Shown: positions 23,248-36,684, counted from the stretch's first letter. The stretch is 64,000 bases of DNA from Lepidodermella squamata (GCA_047495785.1 JBLDXI010000017.1:3410001-3474000); one strand, 5' to 3'. Notes: generated by a model from the letters alone, not told the origin. Numbers and translations are program-made.

Positions 23248-26200
23248 GTTTTAAAATCGATGCTACCCTCATCCCAATTTTCTTTCAAGGAATGCGGCGG
23301 CGTCGTCCCGCAAGAGGCCATCGACTTCATCAACGACAATGGTAATATTTCTTATATGTCATATAAATTTTAACGTCGCTTATTTCACTTTTTCAACAGT
23401 CATCAACGCGTCAGACCCTTCTATGGCCTTGTCCTCCAACTGCATGAGAATAGATCCAACTGGAATGGCTTGGTGCGTATCCCAAGACAGCATTCTTTGC
23501 TGGATGTATGCCGGAAACGCTCAGGTGTGTTCCTTTTTCATGAAAATTTTAATGACTTCCGATTTATCTATTAGGAGTTCAGCTTTTGTCAAACAATTGA
23601 TTTGCCATCTAGTGACCTGCGTTACTCAGCCTCCTTAATCCACGTCGGACCGTTATCGCCAATGTTACCTTCCTTGTTTTCTTGTCTTCTTGTGGCCGCA
23701 GACGGTGTCATCTTGTTTATACCAAACATATCCGTCTCTCCGCATTTCGAAAAGCTTCCGGTCGCTGCTTCACGATCCGAACCTGATGAATTTTATATTG
23801 CCATTGAAAAGCTCAATTTGCCTCCTTCAAGCGGCGACAATGAGGTTGCTTATGCTTTGCTCACATCTCATGGAACTATCCAGTTGCTCTTAGGAGAAAA
23901 TAAGGTTTGAATATTGCGGACAAAGGTGCCTTTCAAATAGAAAAGTATATTCGACAGGGGACCAAATATAGCTGGCGTATCGAAAATATCGACGCTGCTT
24001 CTGCCCCATCTGCGGGACTTCTGACCTCATTCAGCCGCAGGATTAGCTCATATATTCCCACGCTGACCCGTTCGGATAACTCAGCCGCTATCTGCCTTCG
24101 AACTTGGGCTATGGGAGACTTTGCTACAGTTGCAGTTTTGAGCGCAAAACGCCTCACAGTTTATCATCGGTCAATGAAAGCTAGTGGACCTAACCCGCCA
24201 AATACGTCTACGTTCTCGCTTCAGATTAGTGATCTGCTGCTAAATCATGCAAATGGTGCTAGCTTCGAGCCGATTGATTTGGCTTTCGATTACCCGCCGT
24301 ATAACAGTAATGCCGAGATCGAATTCCCGTCACTCATCGTGGTGTACGGAAATTCCACGGCAAAATCGGCAGCTTTTGCTAAAGTCGATTTGTCGCGAGA
24401 TGGTGCTGGGCTGGAAGTTAGCTCAATACGCATTATCAGCGACGTCCCACATCAGATGGCGCACGAAATGAAGCGAGTTCGAAGCATTTGTGTTTCGTCA
24501 TTCTTTTTCTTGTTCACATCAACCGATATCGTCGTTCTTCGGCTAGGAGACGCTAAATTCAAGCAGTTCCTTAATTGCAGCGCTGCTAATGCCGTTTTGG
24601 GCGCTAGCGTTTTCAATTGCAGCGTTCCTGTTTTCGTTAATCGAATGACTGGTGTCTCAGCTTTGATCTGCGACGACCTACCTCTTCCTCCGTTCAGCTT
24701 CCCGCTTTTGAGGCGAAAAGCTTCGGTTGTGTCAAGCCGAGCTGCCCTTCAACGCGCCAACAAAGCGGCCAACTCGAGGGAAGTTCACGAAAGGCTCGAG
24801 GCGGCTTGGATTTATTTCACAGTTCAAGATATGGGGTCGTGCTTGAAAGTTGTTACCTCGCTTAATAAGGCCAAAAATCTGGATTTCACCGTTGCTCAAC
24901 TTGCCTGGTCTGTTCTTGATGAGAAGCTGCCGAATGACCCGCGATGGAAGCGCGTTGTCGATGCGAATGATTCGACCGAGAAACTGACCTCGTCTTGCTT
25001 CCTCTATCGTACCAATTCTCTGATCATCTCCGACCAAATGCGCGCGAAATGGGAGGCATTTCTCGTATTCTGTGATTTCGCAACTTCTGGCCAATTGTTA
25101 GGCAAAGTAAGTCCGAAAATTAGTTGAATCCCTCAATTGAGGCTAAAATTTTCTACTACAGTATAACTTCAGCCGACACCCGAGCTTCGACAGCGGCCAC
25201 ACGGATAGTGACGTCTCGACTGTTTCCGTCCTTTGCGAGGTGGGCGAAAGACTGGCTTCAGCTATAACTGCCTACGAGTTTTACGATTCTAACAAACAGC
25301 GTAAGTTGGGATTTTTGGGTTCTTTTCATGTTTTTTACGTAATTTCTATCAAAGTATTGGCGACATTGATGGGCGCAGCTGCTGAGTACGTCCCAGCGTT
25401 GTTATTGTCCGAAAGCCAACAACACTCGTCGCTGGCTCGTTCAATTCTCGCAAGTCCTACAAAGTCAAGCGCGATGTCACCGGCAGACATTGTCTTCGCG
25501 AATCTATCATCAGCCGCCGAAAATATCGCCGCAGCAGCCGTAGACGTTGGCGACTCGTTGGTTTCATTCGAAGAAACGCCCGGATCAGACTACGCTAAGG
25601 CCGTCGAAGATGTTGATCGATGCGTTGAGACCGCTGTTTCGATATGCGAGCTGCTCAAAGCCCTATTCGTCGGCGCATCAGCCTTCACCAAACACCGGCC
25701 TAATTTGTACGAAAGCGTGTTTTGTCTTTACCAGTGCTCAGCCTGGCACTACGGGCCTTTCCGCAATTCAGTGATCGTTTTCCTGACAAAGCCTTTCGCC
25801 CGTCTTATGGGTTCAGTCTGGGCTGGCCATCACCTGTCCCAACTCATCCCAGCTTTCAGTTCTCTCGCTGGTTGTGTCGTCGAAAGTTTCGAAATGCAGC
25901 TGTCTAGCATCAAAGACGCCATTGCGGCCGGGGCTTGTGGCAATTTCAAAGACTTGAACCATGCCGTGCTGTGTGAGCGGGAAGATGTCCGGCGTAAACT
26001 GGTCGGACTCCTCGTTGAAGTTTCGTGTTTTGACGACGCCTGTGCCCTCGCCGAGTCATTCGGCGATTTTGATGCCCTGGTCAAAGTTTTCGCTCGAAAT
26101 CGCGACCCCGAACGACTGATGGCCTGGCTGAACCGCCACGGCCAACCGTTTGCTCAACGCCTTTTCGAGGTTCTGGCTTCGCAAGACCAGGAGCTACTCC

Positions 26201-29200
26201 TGTCGCTGTTTGTGCCCAGAGCTTATGACGACAATGAATCTTCGTTCCTCTTGCAAGGCGAATGTTTGGAGTGGTTCAAGGAGTTTTTGGATTCGAATGA
26301 AAATATGCGAGTTTTAAAGGCGGTTTTCCACCTTGAAGCTGAAGATGGTGATCGCAAATTGGCGGCTCAAACTTTTCTCGAGTTGGCTCTTGAGGAGAAG
26401 CGATCACTCGAACGACGACGGCATTTTACCAGCCATGCGAAACTGGCGGCTTATTTACTGCCTGAATTCGATGTGAATCGCCAGCAATTGCTGGAAAATA
26501 TCAAGCGAGAACAATTGTTTGAGCTCTATCATGACCAACTGCCGGAGGAAGTGCTAGTTAAGGCTGGCTATAGACGCTTGCATGGCAATGTGCCGGTATT
26601 TTCGGCTCGAGAGCTTGTTAATCTCTACGTTGGACCTTGCAACGCAATGCCTGCGGTTGAGCACTTCCTGCATTCTCTCGAGCTTTTGGTGCTTTTAGTA
26701 AGCTACGCAGAAATTTTTTCAAATTATGAATAGAAAAATGTTTTTTGTTAGCCTTATCAAGAGTTCGACGAGGTGAAATATTTCATTTGGGCGAGAGCTG
26801 TTCTAGCAGACAAGTGAGTCGGATTTACTTTTTTGCCTTAGCTTTTGCGGAAAATGTTGCGGAAATATTTATACTTGGGTTTCGTACGCGGGCCGCTCCT
26901 CTGAAGAGGCTCGGCGTTAGCCTTTAAGCCATCATGGCCAACTTACACTACGCGGTTGTAAGGGGACTTAAAATCACAGGTAGCAGCGTCGGCTCTGATT
27001 CGACTGACTAACTGCTGGATTGACTCGTTCGTTTTTCGACCCATGTTGCTCCGGAACTTGTGACGTTCACGCACTACGAACTTTTTCGGATCGTATTGAG
27101 TGGCCATGAACGTGCAGATCTCTTCGTATTTGAGAGCGTTTAGTTCTTTGTCGTGTTCTTGCTTGGCGTGGAGTTGTAACTCTTTGTACAAGACGTCCGT
27201 TTGACAAGCCAAGAAGTAAGCGGCCTTGGTGTTGGTTTTACCGTGGGCACGTGCGTATGTATCAAACCGTCCTTTGTAGTCTTCCCACAGTTCGGCCTGT
27301 GGGTTGAAACCTGGAAACTCACGAGTCGCCTTTGATTCATTGTCGGCAATTAGTTTTTGAATTGCTTCGCTGTGTTCCTTGAGCGCCGTTTGACTCGAGA
27401 CACTTAACGAGACTAGTTGTTGCAGTAATTGAGCCAATGTAGGTTCGCCTGCGGTGATAGCCGGTGTCGCAGCTGTTGATGCTGGATCAGCCATTTAGTG
27501 CTTTTTCTGCGTCGCCAATTTGTTGTATTCAAAGACGGTCGATTTTCAATGCGAAATTTTATTGTAATAAAGATCCCCTATCAGTACATATTAATTGCTT
27601 AAAATCATCAATTCACAACAGGGGAGTAGTAAGGGAGAAAGGTGGCTGACTCGCTCCCCCGCATGGTCTTTCCATTATCAGCGGTTTCCATTTTATACCT
27701 TTGACAGCCTCGATATTTAATAGTTGGGAAATTTTCAATATTTTACCCATTTTGCCAAAAAATGCCTTTTTCCCGTTTCAAAGCTGATGAAAAAATCAAG
27801 ATATCATCAAGATATCATTGAGCAGAAGCAAAGATCACAACTTTCTACCGAAGCTCACACCCGACGGAAACGACAAATTCGCGAAATTTGTTCTAATTAT
27901 TTTCTTAAATGATGTCTCCTTGTATCTTTCAATCTCGAGCCACTCCAATAACGCGCAAATTTCGAATTTTAAAATTAATAACACACTTCGATTGATTACT
28001 GGTTCTGGTTTAATTAATTATCGGATTATATACAGCACTAAGCGTAACACGTCTTGTTCAACATGCGTTTAACTAAAGATTATGAGTAATTGAAGATGAG
28101 TCATTGAGATTATTGAGTCATATTAGTGAAGCGGAGAGACAGCTCATGTCTAAAAATCAGAGTTGAAATTGAAGAGTTGAAGAGTTGCGAGTAATCGGAA
28201 GTATTAGCAGCGGAAGGTGCGAAAGAAGCTGGATTGACTTGCTGGGTTGTGGCTGGTGACGATGGCCCGAAGTTGAAAGTGTTGCTCGCAGCGCTGGCTG
28301 AGAATTGCATCGCAGTGTTCGGCGGCCTGCTGTTGCCTGGAAATTGCATTGGCGCCATGCGCATCATGAGAGTCATCAGCGTGTTGTTCTGCTGTTGCAG
28401 TTGTTGGTACATCTGTTCTGGCTGCTGGCGAAGCATGTCCTTCAGCTCGATGTACGGCGACGCGCTGGGAGTATCATTCGACCTAGCGAAGTTAATTCAG
28501 AGTAGCCCAATAAGCTTGGACGAAGATCGCGAGATTTACCTATTCGAGTCCTCTAGCATTTTCTGCTTCTGCGCGGTGGTGGTTTCAATTATGAACGTAG
28601 CTAGGTTTTGCTTAGAAGCTCCCGAGGCACTTCTATTCCGTTTGGTCTTGACCAAGCCCGGCTTGAATTTTACGACCTCTTTCTCACCCTCCTGTTCATC
28701 ACTGGAACCCCCGGCATTTTCGGAAAGCCCGGATTGAACAGAGGCAGCAAGTGGCGATTGGATTTATCCAAAGTTTAATAAGCCGCTTTCTATTTGTCTA
28801 CGCAAAAGGCTTCAATTACAGGCGATGCCTGTACTTCAAATAGCCACCTACTTAACACCTTTCGCTTCAATAGTATCATCTGCGACTCGGTTTAACCAAA
28901 CAGCCGTTTCATCCGCAGCGAAAATTTCCGGCGGTTGATAGTTGTCCTTCTTTCGCAAATTAATAGTAAACAATATGTAATCGGTAAGATGTTGCCGGGC
29001 CTTTTCGGCTTTAAGGCCGATCGCAGTAGCTTTTAATCACGTGAGAAAAGAGGAATTACGAGGTATCACGAATTACCGGATACTGGCGTCACATGAGAAC
29101 AAATAAGTAACTAGACAGCGCGTTGAAACATCAAATCATTGAAGTTATTGTCTCTGGCTTTGATAATAAAAGATTCATCTTCAAGCTCTTTGGCGAGGGA

Positions 29201-29963
29201 GACCAACTTCTTGTGGGCGGTTCGTAGAACATGCGCCCATCAGTTGCTCTGGATTCCTGACCAACTACCGTAACAATAGTGTCCAATGTAGCCGCGGCCC
29301 CATCGCGCACAACAAGAGGCGATGGCGGCATTTCAATAAAAGCACGTTCGTAACTCGTCTTAACTGTGCCCAGCAAACCGATGTACGAGATGCATATACA
29401 GATTTGTGTAAATAGAATCACATTCGCGGGAAATGTTTTTTGGGTGAAATTGCAACGTTTTGTTGATCAACAACTCGTTGTCTTCAGGATGAACATCGGT
29501 ACAAGGGTAGTAGTAAGGAGAAACTAGGAGAAGAAATTGATGCGATGGGAAAAAGCAGTGATGTATGGAATCTTATTGAACAGTAGATTTGTCATTCGGG
29601 TATTTGCATAGGCTGTTTGCTTAATTTTCTAGATCTCTTGAATATAACAAATAATTATAATTTTCTGTTCATTTGCATAGCTGGAGGCTGCTTGACACGA
29701 CAGATCCGCAAATTGCGTGCAAGAGGACAATTTTCTACGCAGTCGCGGAGGCACTTGCGCCGAAATTGGGCTCGCAAAAATCGGCTCGCACTGCGGTGAA
29801 CGAACTCGAACAACTGCGCCGACTGTTGCCCGATGAACCGACCCGCCTGGTTGATATGGTTAAACGTGAAACCAGCTCGGATGAAAGTATGGCCGGTGAA
29901 TTGCCCGCAGATCTGGTCTTTCTCTGGAAACTGGCTTGCCAAATCGTTTGTTCACTAGTCTGA
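23248..29963 (+). CDS. NUP133: Nuclear pore complex protein Nup133 (divergent; first exon uncertain)
   Basis: N-terminal propeller-like IDPTGMAWCV...W; DPRW motif; A.ALAESFGDFDALVKV; L.RRRHFTSHAKLA; IWARAVLADN|W...DP...TIFY joined across intron 26814-29680. Confidence 0.75.
26960..27620 (-). mobile_element. Truncated Ty3/Gypsy (Mag-like) retrotransposon: short LTR, PBS and gag 5' part
   Basis: gag-like FNPQAELWEDYKGRF...ERHKF...ESIQQLVSRIRADAATCDF; on the minus strand ...ACAACA-AAT-TGGCGACG (LTR end plus PBS) at 27521-27510; candidate TGTTGT...ACAACA LTR 27521-27620 containing AATAAA. Confidence 0.8.
28110..28740 (-). other. Q/S-rich coding-like fragment (possibly the C-terminus of a transposon accessory protein)
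   Basis: SSDEQEGEKEVVKFKPG...QKQKMLED and MLRQQPEQMYQQLQQQNNTLMTLMMRMAP coiled-coil/low-complexity pieces; no clear start. Confidence 0.35.
28800..29035 (-). pseudogene. pogo-family DDE transposase fragment
   Basis: Translates to ...EIFAADETAVWLNRVADDTIEAKGVK*VAI*STG, matching the pogo xDET...T...KG.K.V.I.STG motif, with stops. Confidence 0.7.
29190..29340 (-). pseudogene. Kelch-repeat-like fragment
   Basis: MP....VRDGAAATLDTIVTVVGQ........FYEPPTRSWS resembles one Kelch blade (GG degraded to GQ). Confidence 0.4.
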
Positions 29964-30965
29964 CGTTAAAACAAAACACTTGATGCTATTAAGGAGGCTG
30001 GTCGCGTTATACGACCGCATGTTTTTACGAAAATAAAAGTCACATTTTCGAGAGAGTCTTACTGATTTTATTCAATTTCAGCGAATGTATCCTGAAACCA
30101 ATATCAGGGACCCAGTTCCGATGTCTGTGCAAAATTTCGTAATTTTCCTATGTTACCTTCATTTTATAAAAATGGTACAAGGTTTGGCTGAATTTGGACA
30201 CTTGTTGGAGACCTCATTAGCATATTCATAATCGTCGGGAAGCGTCCAGAACTTGAAGCTTTTCTATAAATTCCGACAAATTCGCACATGTGGTGGCGAG
30301 AAACTAATGACGTGTCATTTAAACTCAATTCAAATTTTTCCCCGCTATTTTTGGATCAACGCATATATCAAGGCCAAAATTGCCCCACGTGGGGCCTAAT
30401 TTTCCAGCTCACCCGTAAAAATTGCCAGCGCCAAATTTCCCGTTTTTTATCAGTCGACAGTTCATATGGTGACCACTACTGCTGGTAAATTTTTCAGAGC
30501 AATCAGAGCTTTCAGGTTGACCATGAATAAGGGGGTCTCAAATAGACGTTTTAAGACGTATCACCTTTCATTTATTATAAAAACAGGAAATTTGGTACCG
30601 TTGAAAGGTCTTCAAGGCACCTCGAGATTTTAATGGGAATTTTCCCAACCTCACTAATAGAACACACGCGTAGGAGTCGTTTTATCTAAATTTAGCTCCA
30701 AAATTAACCACCCTTGCGATCGTTATATAGAAACATTCACGAAGGACAAGCTATGTGTAAAGAAAATGGCAATAAAATGGGTCAGGTAGAAAGAGAGCTG
30801 ATAAACTTGGAGAGCGGGAAAGTTCGTTCCATGTTCGTCCATATGGCGCCGTCTTGGCGCCAACTCGCGTGCGCCACTCGTGCGCATAACTGGCTCGTGC
30901 TATCCGAGTTTGGACGATGCCTAGTTTTCCTTGAAAAATGTAAATTTCAAAATATCGAAAATCAA

Positions 30966-32518
30966 ATGGCTTCGGAATATAAAAAAATGGCCTGTGAATC
31001 ACCCGTGCCTGGAACCTTGCCTCAATCGAAGCTGGTCGACCACCGCATCGAATTGTCCCAGATTATGGGTCTTCTTCTCAAAGAATCCCTCAACAGCGAC
31101 GTGACTTTCGTGGTTGAAAACGAGAAGTTTGAAGCCCATCGAGCAATTTTAGCCATTCAGTCACCTGTTTTACGTAAAATGCTGCTCGAGCCACTGCTAG
31201 ATTTGAGCCGCCGGCGCGACGAACCTGTCACTTTACCTGATCGCAAGGCGGCGTCTTTCGCTATTTTCCTCAAATACCTTTACACCGGCGTTTTCGATGT
31301 CAGTAATGTCGATATTGCCGTCGCTGCTGATGTTTTGGCGACTGCTCATGATTACGAAGTTGAGATACTAGAGACTGCTCTCGGAGAAACTTTAAAAGTT
31401 TTATTTCTGCGTTATAATATCGACGATTATAATTCTTTTTTCCAGGCATTCGTGAATTTGGATACAGTTTTCACGCTGTTTCAAGTAGCTTTCGACATCG
31501 GTTCAGCGGGACTATTTGCATTTTGCCGCGATTTCATGTGTGAGAATGCCAAGGCAATTGTTCGAAGTCCAAGGTTTGGAACTTTGTCGGAAAAGGCCGT
31601 CATCGAGCTGCTGTCGAATGACTACTTCGCAGCACCTGAGATGGAGATTCTACGTGCCATCACGCTCTGGCATGAGAGGAACCCGCAAATTACCCTCGAC
31701 GGTATTTTCGACCAAGTTCGATTTCAGCTGGTCTGCCTCGACGGCTGGTCGTTGGTTGAAGTAGCCCCAGTTTGTAAGTTGCTAAATGCTTATAACATCG
31801 ATTTGAAGCAAGCGATCGACTCATCCACTGACGATGGCTTACCAAAACGACCCCGTTACATGCTAGGTATGCAGTTTCTTACTTCAGAAAAATTGTTTAA
31901 ACTTATTTTCTGAAGCTACCTCGAACCTTGCCAGCTTTCAACGCGGGGCATTTGTGTTGAACGAAGGTCGAGTTCGCCATGGAAACTATATGATTGATGG
32001 CTCATATAGCCGTCGAACCGTGAATGATTCAGCGATTCAAGGCAACGAGACGAAGATCAAAGGAACGGGCAGTTATGCCGTCGTTAAGCTGCCCAAATTG
32101 AGTTATGTCAATTCTTTACGAATTGTCGCTGCGAACAAATGTTCAGACCCAAACTCACTGGTACGACCCGATGGTTTGAAAATTTTCTTTTCGGTCGATA
32201 ATATTTCATGGGACATGGTCGCCGACTGCCGAAACCGCGACTGCTCAGGATGCCAGGTTTTGCTCATGTTCTCCGTTAGACCTGTCCAATTTAGTAAGTT
32301 CAATCAATCGGCAATTTAATCTGGAAATAATACTATTTCCTATGTCAACAGTTCGAATCGTTGGTGACTCGAAAAACGACAATGACACGCTCTATGTTTT
32401 GAATTTGATGTGCCCGGCCGAAGTGACCGAATGTGACGTAGCGCGTTATAAGCTGCTGTGCGGCGAAGGCCAGACGCTTATGTACTTGCCTAACCAGGAT
32501 CGCGAGATAGTTATGTAA
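30966..32518 (+). CDS. BTB-BACK-discoidin-like protein (BTBD9-like), copy 1
   Basis: SDVTFVVENEKFEAHRAILAIQSPVLRKML; FLKYLYTG; F.APEMEILRAI..W BACK motif; C-terminal beta domain (VVKLPKLSYVNSLRI...FSVDNISWDMV). Confidence 0.85.
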
Positions 32519-32708
32519 CTTGACCGAAATTTATTTTCCGAAACAATCTGTGTTGCGTGGCAGCGGCTTATTTAAAGACATGAGCTTTTATTTTGACCTA
32601 ATTCAACTAGCAAAATAACAGTTTTTGGGCCTTGAATGGTTATGATTCCGTGATTTTTCATTTGTTTACAATATTTTTCATTAGAATAAGTAATAGCTAC
32701 TGTACTGA

Positions 32709-34243
32709 ATGCCAGTTTTATCGGAGAAGGATACGGGTAGAGACAGGATTGATCATACTCGCCAGCTGTCGGCGTCGCTCGGCGCCTTGCTAGGCGATTC
32801 GTTCGCAAGTGATGTCGTTTTTGTTGTTGAAAATTCGCAATTTCGGGCACATCGACTTGTTCTTGCTCTTCAATCGGTAGTTTTCCGCGAAATGCTTCTC
32901 GGCTTGCACTTTCGGGAATCTTTACAAAAAGATGAACCGGTAATTTTGATTGCATAAAAATCCTGTAAAATCAAATTCAAAAATTTTACAGATTCTTCTG
33001 CCAGGAAAACGCGCGGCTTCATTCAGCAGCTTCTTGAAATATATTTACACCGGCTACTTGGAGATTGCAGACCTCTCAACCGATATCGCAATCGAGATAT
33101 TGCTCATCGCTCATGAATTTCAAGTCATCAGCCTAGTCGACGAGCTCAGCGAGAGACTCACGGTATGGCTAGCCGCTAATCCGACATTTTTCTACCCGAT
33201 TTTTTATTATGTTATAGAGACGCATCACGTTCGATACGGTTGCTGCTTTATTCGAAGCTGCTCACATCCTCGACACTCGGGTGTTGTTGCATGATTGCCG
33301 CGAGTTTATGTGCAAAAATTCACAGCAGATCTTGAAACATCCCGCGTTTACCGAGTTGTCCCAATCAGCTGTCGTAGATCTCTTATCATCCGACGAATTC
33401 GCTGCTTCCGAAATGGAAATTCTTCTAGCTGCTGCTTCGTGGTTCGCTCGAAATTCGGATGCAAATTTCAAGCAAGTTGTTGAACGTGCTGTTAGGTTCG
33501 AACTTGTCCAAGCTGATGGCATACCACTGACGTGTCTAGCGTCGCTATTTCATTTATTTGCGGCTCATGGTGTCGATGTGGCGCAACTAGCGGCGCAAAA
33601 CGCGTCGGCCCCCCGCTACAGGACGAATTTGGAAACTGAAAATCAAGCTGTTCCGACATTGGGAGCGATTGTTCTACCCGACGGTGATTCTGTGAATCCT
33701 TTTTACTGTATCGACGGGTCGTTTCTGAAGCGTACTGACAACTTCAGCATACAGGGTTATGAAACGCACCACAATAATGGGCCGGATAAATTCATCCTGA
33801 TCAAACTCGGCCGCGTTTGCTACGTCGATTCGTTGTACTTTGTCGCAGCCAATTTCTCGTGCTCGTCTTACGTCGTGTGCTCGAATGGTTTCCGAATCGA
33901 GACATCGGTTGATCAGAAAACCTGGCAAACTTTGGCGCAGTCGAACGAGCCGATGCCCGTTCAACGCCGACTTCTCGTTTTCACTCCCAGACATGTTCGA
34001 TACAGTGAGAAATTGAGAATATTCAAGATTTAATTGAATAAACTTTTTTCATTATTTTTACAAGTTAAATTAACGGGCAAGGCAATGCGAGCTTATCACA
34101 GTTTCTACCTGCTGCACATCGAGTGTCCAGCTTCGTCCGTCAACGTGGCCGATGTGACAAAGTTTCATGCAATCGAAGACGCGTCCCGTGATCGAACGAT
34201 CATGTACGAACTGGAGCAAAAACGTGCTGTGGTGCTCGACTAA
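32709..34243 (+). CDS. BTB-BACK-discoidin-like protein (BTBD9-like), copy 2
   Basis: SDVVFVVENSQFRAHRLVLALQSVVFREML; FLKYIYTG; FAASEMEILLAA..W; IKLGRVCYVDSL...IETSVDQKTWQ. Confidence 0.85.
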
Positions 34244-34554
34244 CACCCGTTTGAACAGTATTTTTCTTTTTTTATTCACTTATTCTTCTAACTTCCTAAT
34301 TCAGCAACGCTGCGTACAATTTTTTTACAAACGATTGTTGGTGTTTAATCTTTGTATAAAATAAACGAATGACTGCAATTTTTCTGCTCTTCAGTAATAC
34401 TTAAGTATTTGTGGTTCAAATAATTAAAAAAAACGGAAAAGATCTGCAGCATTTTAACGCACCTGAACGCTAGTAAAACGCGAGAAGCAGTCGAATTTTT
34501 ACTACGACGCTTTATTATTCGAAGTCAACAAACAAAGCAAAATTAGAACAGTGT

Positions 34555-35333
34555 TCAGCTGTTTGGCTTCGCGATAAGGCGTCCTGCTGCGCGAGTCGTC
34601 ATTTTGGTAGGCGCTTCGGCCGGAGGCGCTCGGAGCCGGCGAGTTGGTCCGGTTTTTCGCGGGACCCTTTGACGCTTTGTCGTCACATTTTCTTCGATCG
34701 GGGAATCGCAACGGCAGTATTCTGATTCCTCGTTGTCATTGTCGCCAACTTTGACTGGAACTTTCGCGTGCCCCGAAATTAGCTCGAATACTACGCCAAA
34801 AGCCAGTTGCAAACAATCAAACACTGATTTAACAACAAGGATAACATGCAGAATTATTATAATAAGAATAACTAAGATGCCCATAGCTTGAAAAGGTTCG
34901 GGATCAGCTGCTCCACGATGGTAAGATGCTAAAGTCTGCGGAACTAGAAAAATAAGACAAGCTCTTCAGCTGAGTAAGCGATATCATCAACGAATTTTTA
35001 CTTTCATCTTCCAGTTTAACTTTAATTGGTGCCTGCTGGACATTGCGATCGATTTTCCCGGCATCGTCGGGCGTTTTCCAGTCTGTAATTATAATTATGC
35101 ACCCTGTGATAATGAAATAATTATACCCAACCTTGCTTCATTGTTTGTTCCAATTTATTGCTCCAGGTCAGATTAGTTCCTCCAGAATCTTTAATTGTCA
35201 TCTTATCAATTATTCCAAGTGTGACCAAGACGCAAGTAAGAATTGAGCCGACAAGGAAGAAGGTCCGCAAATGACCCGAGATGGGAAACTCGAGGACAGT
35301 ACGCTTTACCACATCCTTAAACGAATTAATCAT
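34555..35333 (-). CDS. Orphan membrane protein with two hydrophobic segments and a basic C-terminal tail
   Basis: Probable spliced exons: FFLVGSILTCVLVTLGII ... MGILVILIIIILHVILVV, acidic patch, then R/K/T/P-rich tail. Confidence 0.5.
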
Positions 35334-35528
35334 TTCGCTATTGCATGCACAATGACAATTTTTTTTAATATAAATCGCCTATTTATCAAAAATAGCTATT
35401 CTTTTTCCAGATTCAGGGAGATCGAGGTAACGAATCGGTGTCAGCGCTATTGAGCAAATAGAGGCGCGAAGACTTCAAACAAAGCAGCAGAGATCCTGCG
35501 GAATATTTCCAAGCCGCCGAAAATTTCG

Positions 35529-35994
35529 TCAAATATCCAGCCAAATGAAAAGAAGCCAATCAGGTAAAGCCATGACCAAGGAGTCCAGATGTATTCTAGC
35601 AAAGTAGCCACCCAGTTGCAGCGGTTTTCTTCTCTTGAAGCTAAGGTTGTAAAAAACCAATGGTATCAAGTCAATTTCATTTTCCAGGAACTCACTTTTC
35701 CGTCGTTGTTGATGTTCGAGCTGCCTTCGCCGTGCATCAGAATCGTCGCATTCCATATCATTATTCTCATCGTCACAGCAATCTTTGGCTTTTAAAAATA
35801 TCGACCAAACAGTTATTATTGAATGATCGAAAATTGCGCCATTTATTACATTCATCGAAGCCGCAAATGACACGATGCCGCACTTGATCTTTTCCATCGG
35901 TTCCCTCGCTCGGTTGGGTAAGCAGGTAATATGACAACGCGAAAGCAAGGATCACAAGGCAAATGACGGCGGCGACCTCTCCATAGCGGTTCAT
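35529..35994 (-). CDS. Small hydrophobic orphan ORF(s), possibly a degenerate member of the local membrane-protein cluster
   Basis: MNRYGEVAAVICLVILAFALSYYLL signal/TM, with splice-like sites; I could not build one clean reading frame. Confidence 0.3.
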
Positions 35995-36684
35995 CGCAAG
36001 CAGAACTTCGAAGACTAAGCTTCGATCATATATCGAATTTTTAAAATACGATCATCTAAAAACGGAAATAAGATCCAGCTCAAATAAACCGCCGTTGCTT
36101 TCTCCTGAAACTGCGGATAATGAATGTTTGAGGAACTTGATACTATTCCGAATAGCTCTGGATTCCTAATTCTTGAACTCGAAGCGTAAATCCTTCAAGG
36201 CAGATCAACAGTTAAACTCGCATGGGCTTTTGACATTTCCTCCTTCCACTAAACCAATAAACCAATAGTCATTTCGACCTTCCAAGTCAGCAGCCTGAAA
36301 ATTGTTGCTGCTGTTTGTTTCGAATTATACGCAACCATTTTTTGAGCGGCATTGTCCCATTCGGGTAATATTATCCGGCTCATCCATATAGTCATCATTG
36401 CGGTAATATTCGAAAACAATTCCAACGTGCCGACGACGGCTGTCCCAACCGACGAAGTGCCATGGATAGCTCTACTGTATAAAAAATAGCGCCTAAATTA
36501 TAAACAATAAGCATGCGTCAAAATCAAGTTGATTCTCGTAAAACAGGGAAATCAAAGAAGAAAAGACATTACGCTAAGAATAATATCAAAGCTTTCATAA
36601 CAAAACAAAGAAGTATAAAACGTGAAGAAGCGGAATCAACAATCGCTTTTCAACCGGAAGCAGTAAATATTCGTCGGGAAAACT

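Noticed and set aside
29340-29421. CICISYIG as a GIY-YIG endonuclease motif
   Set aside because: Downstream R...EH and other catalytic residues are absent
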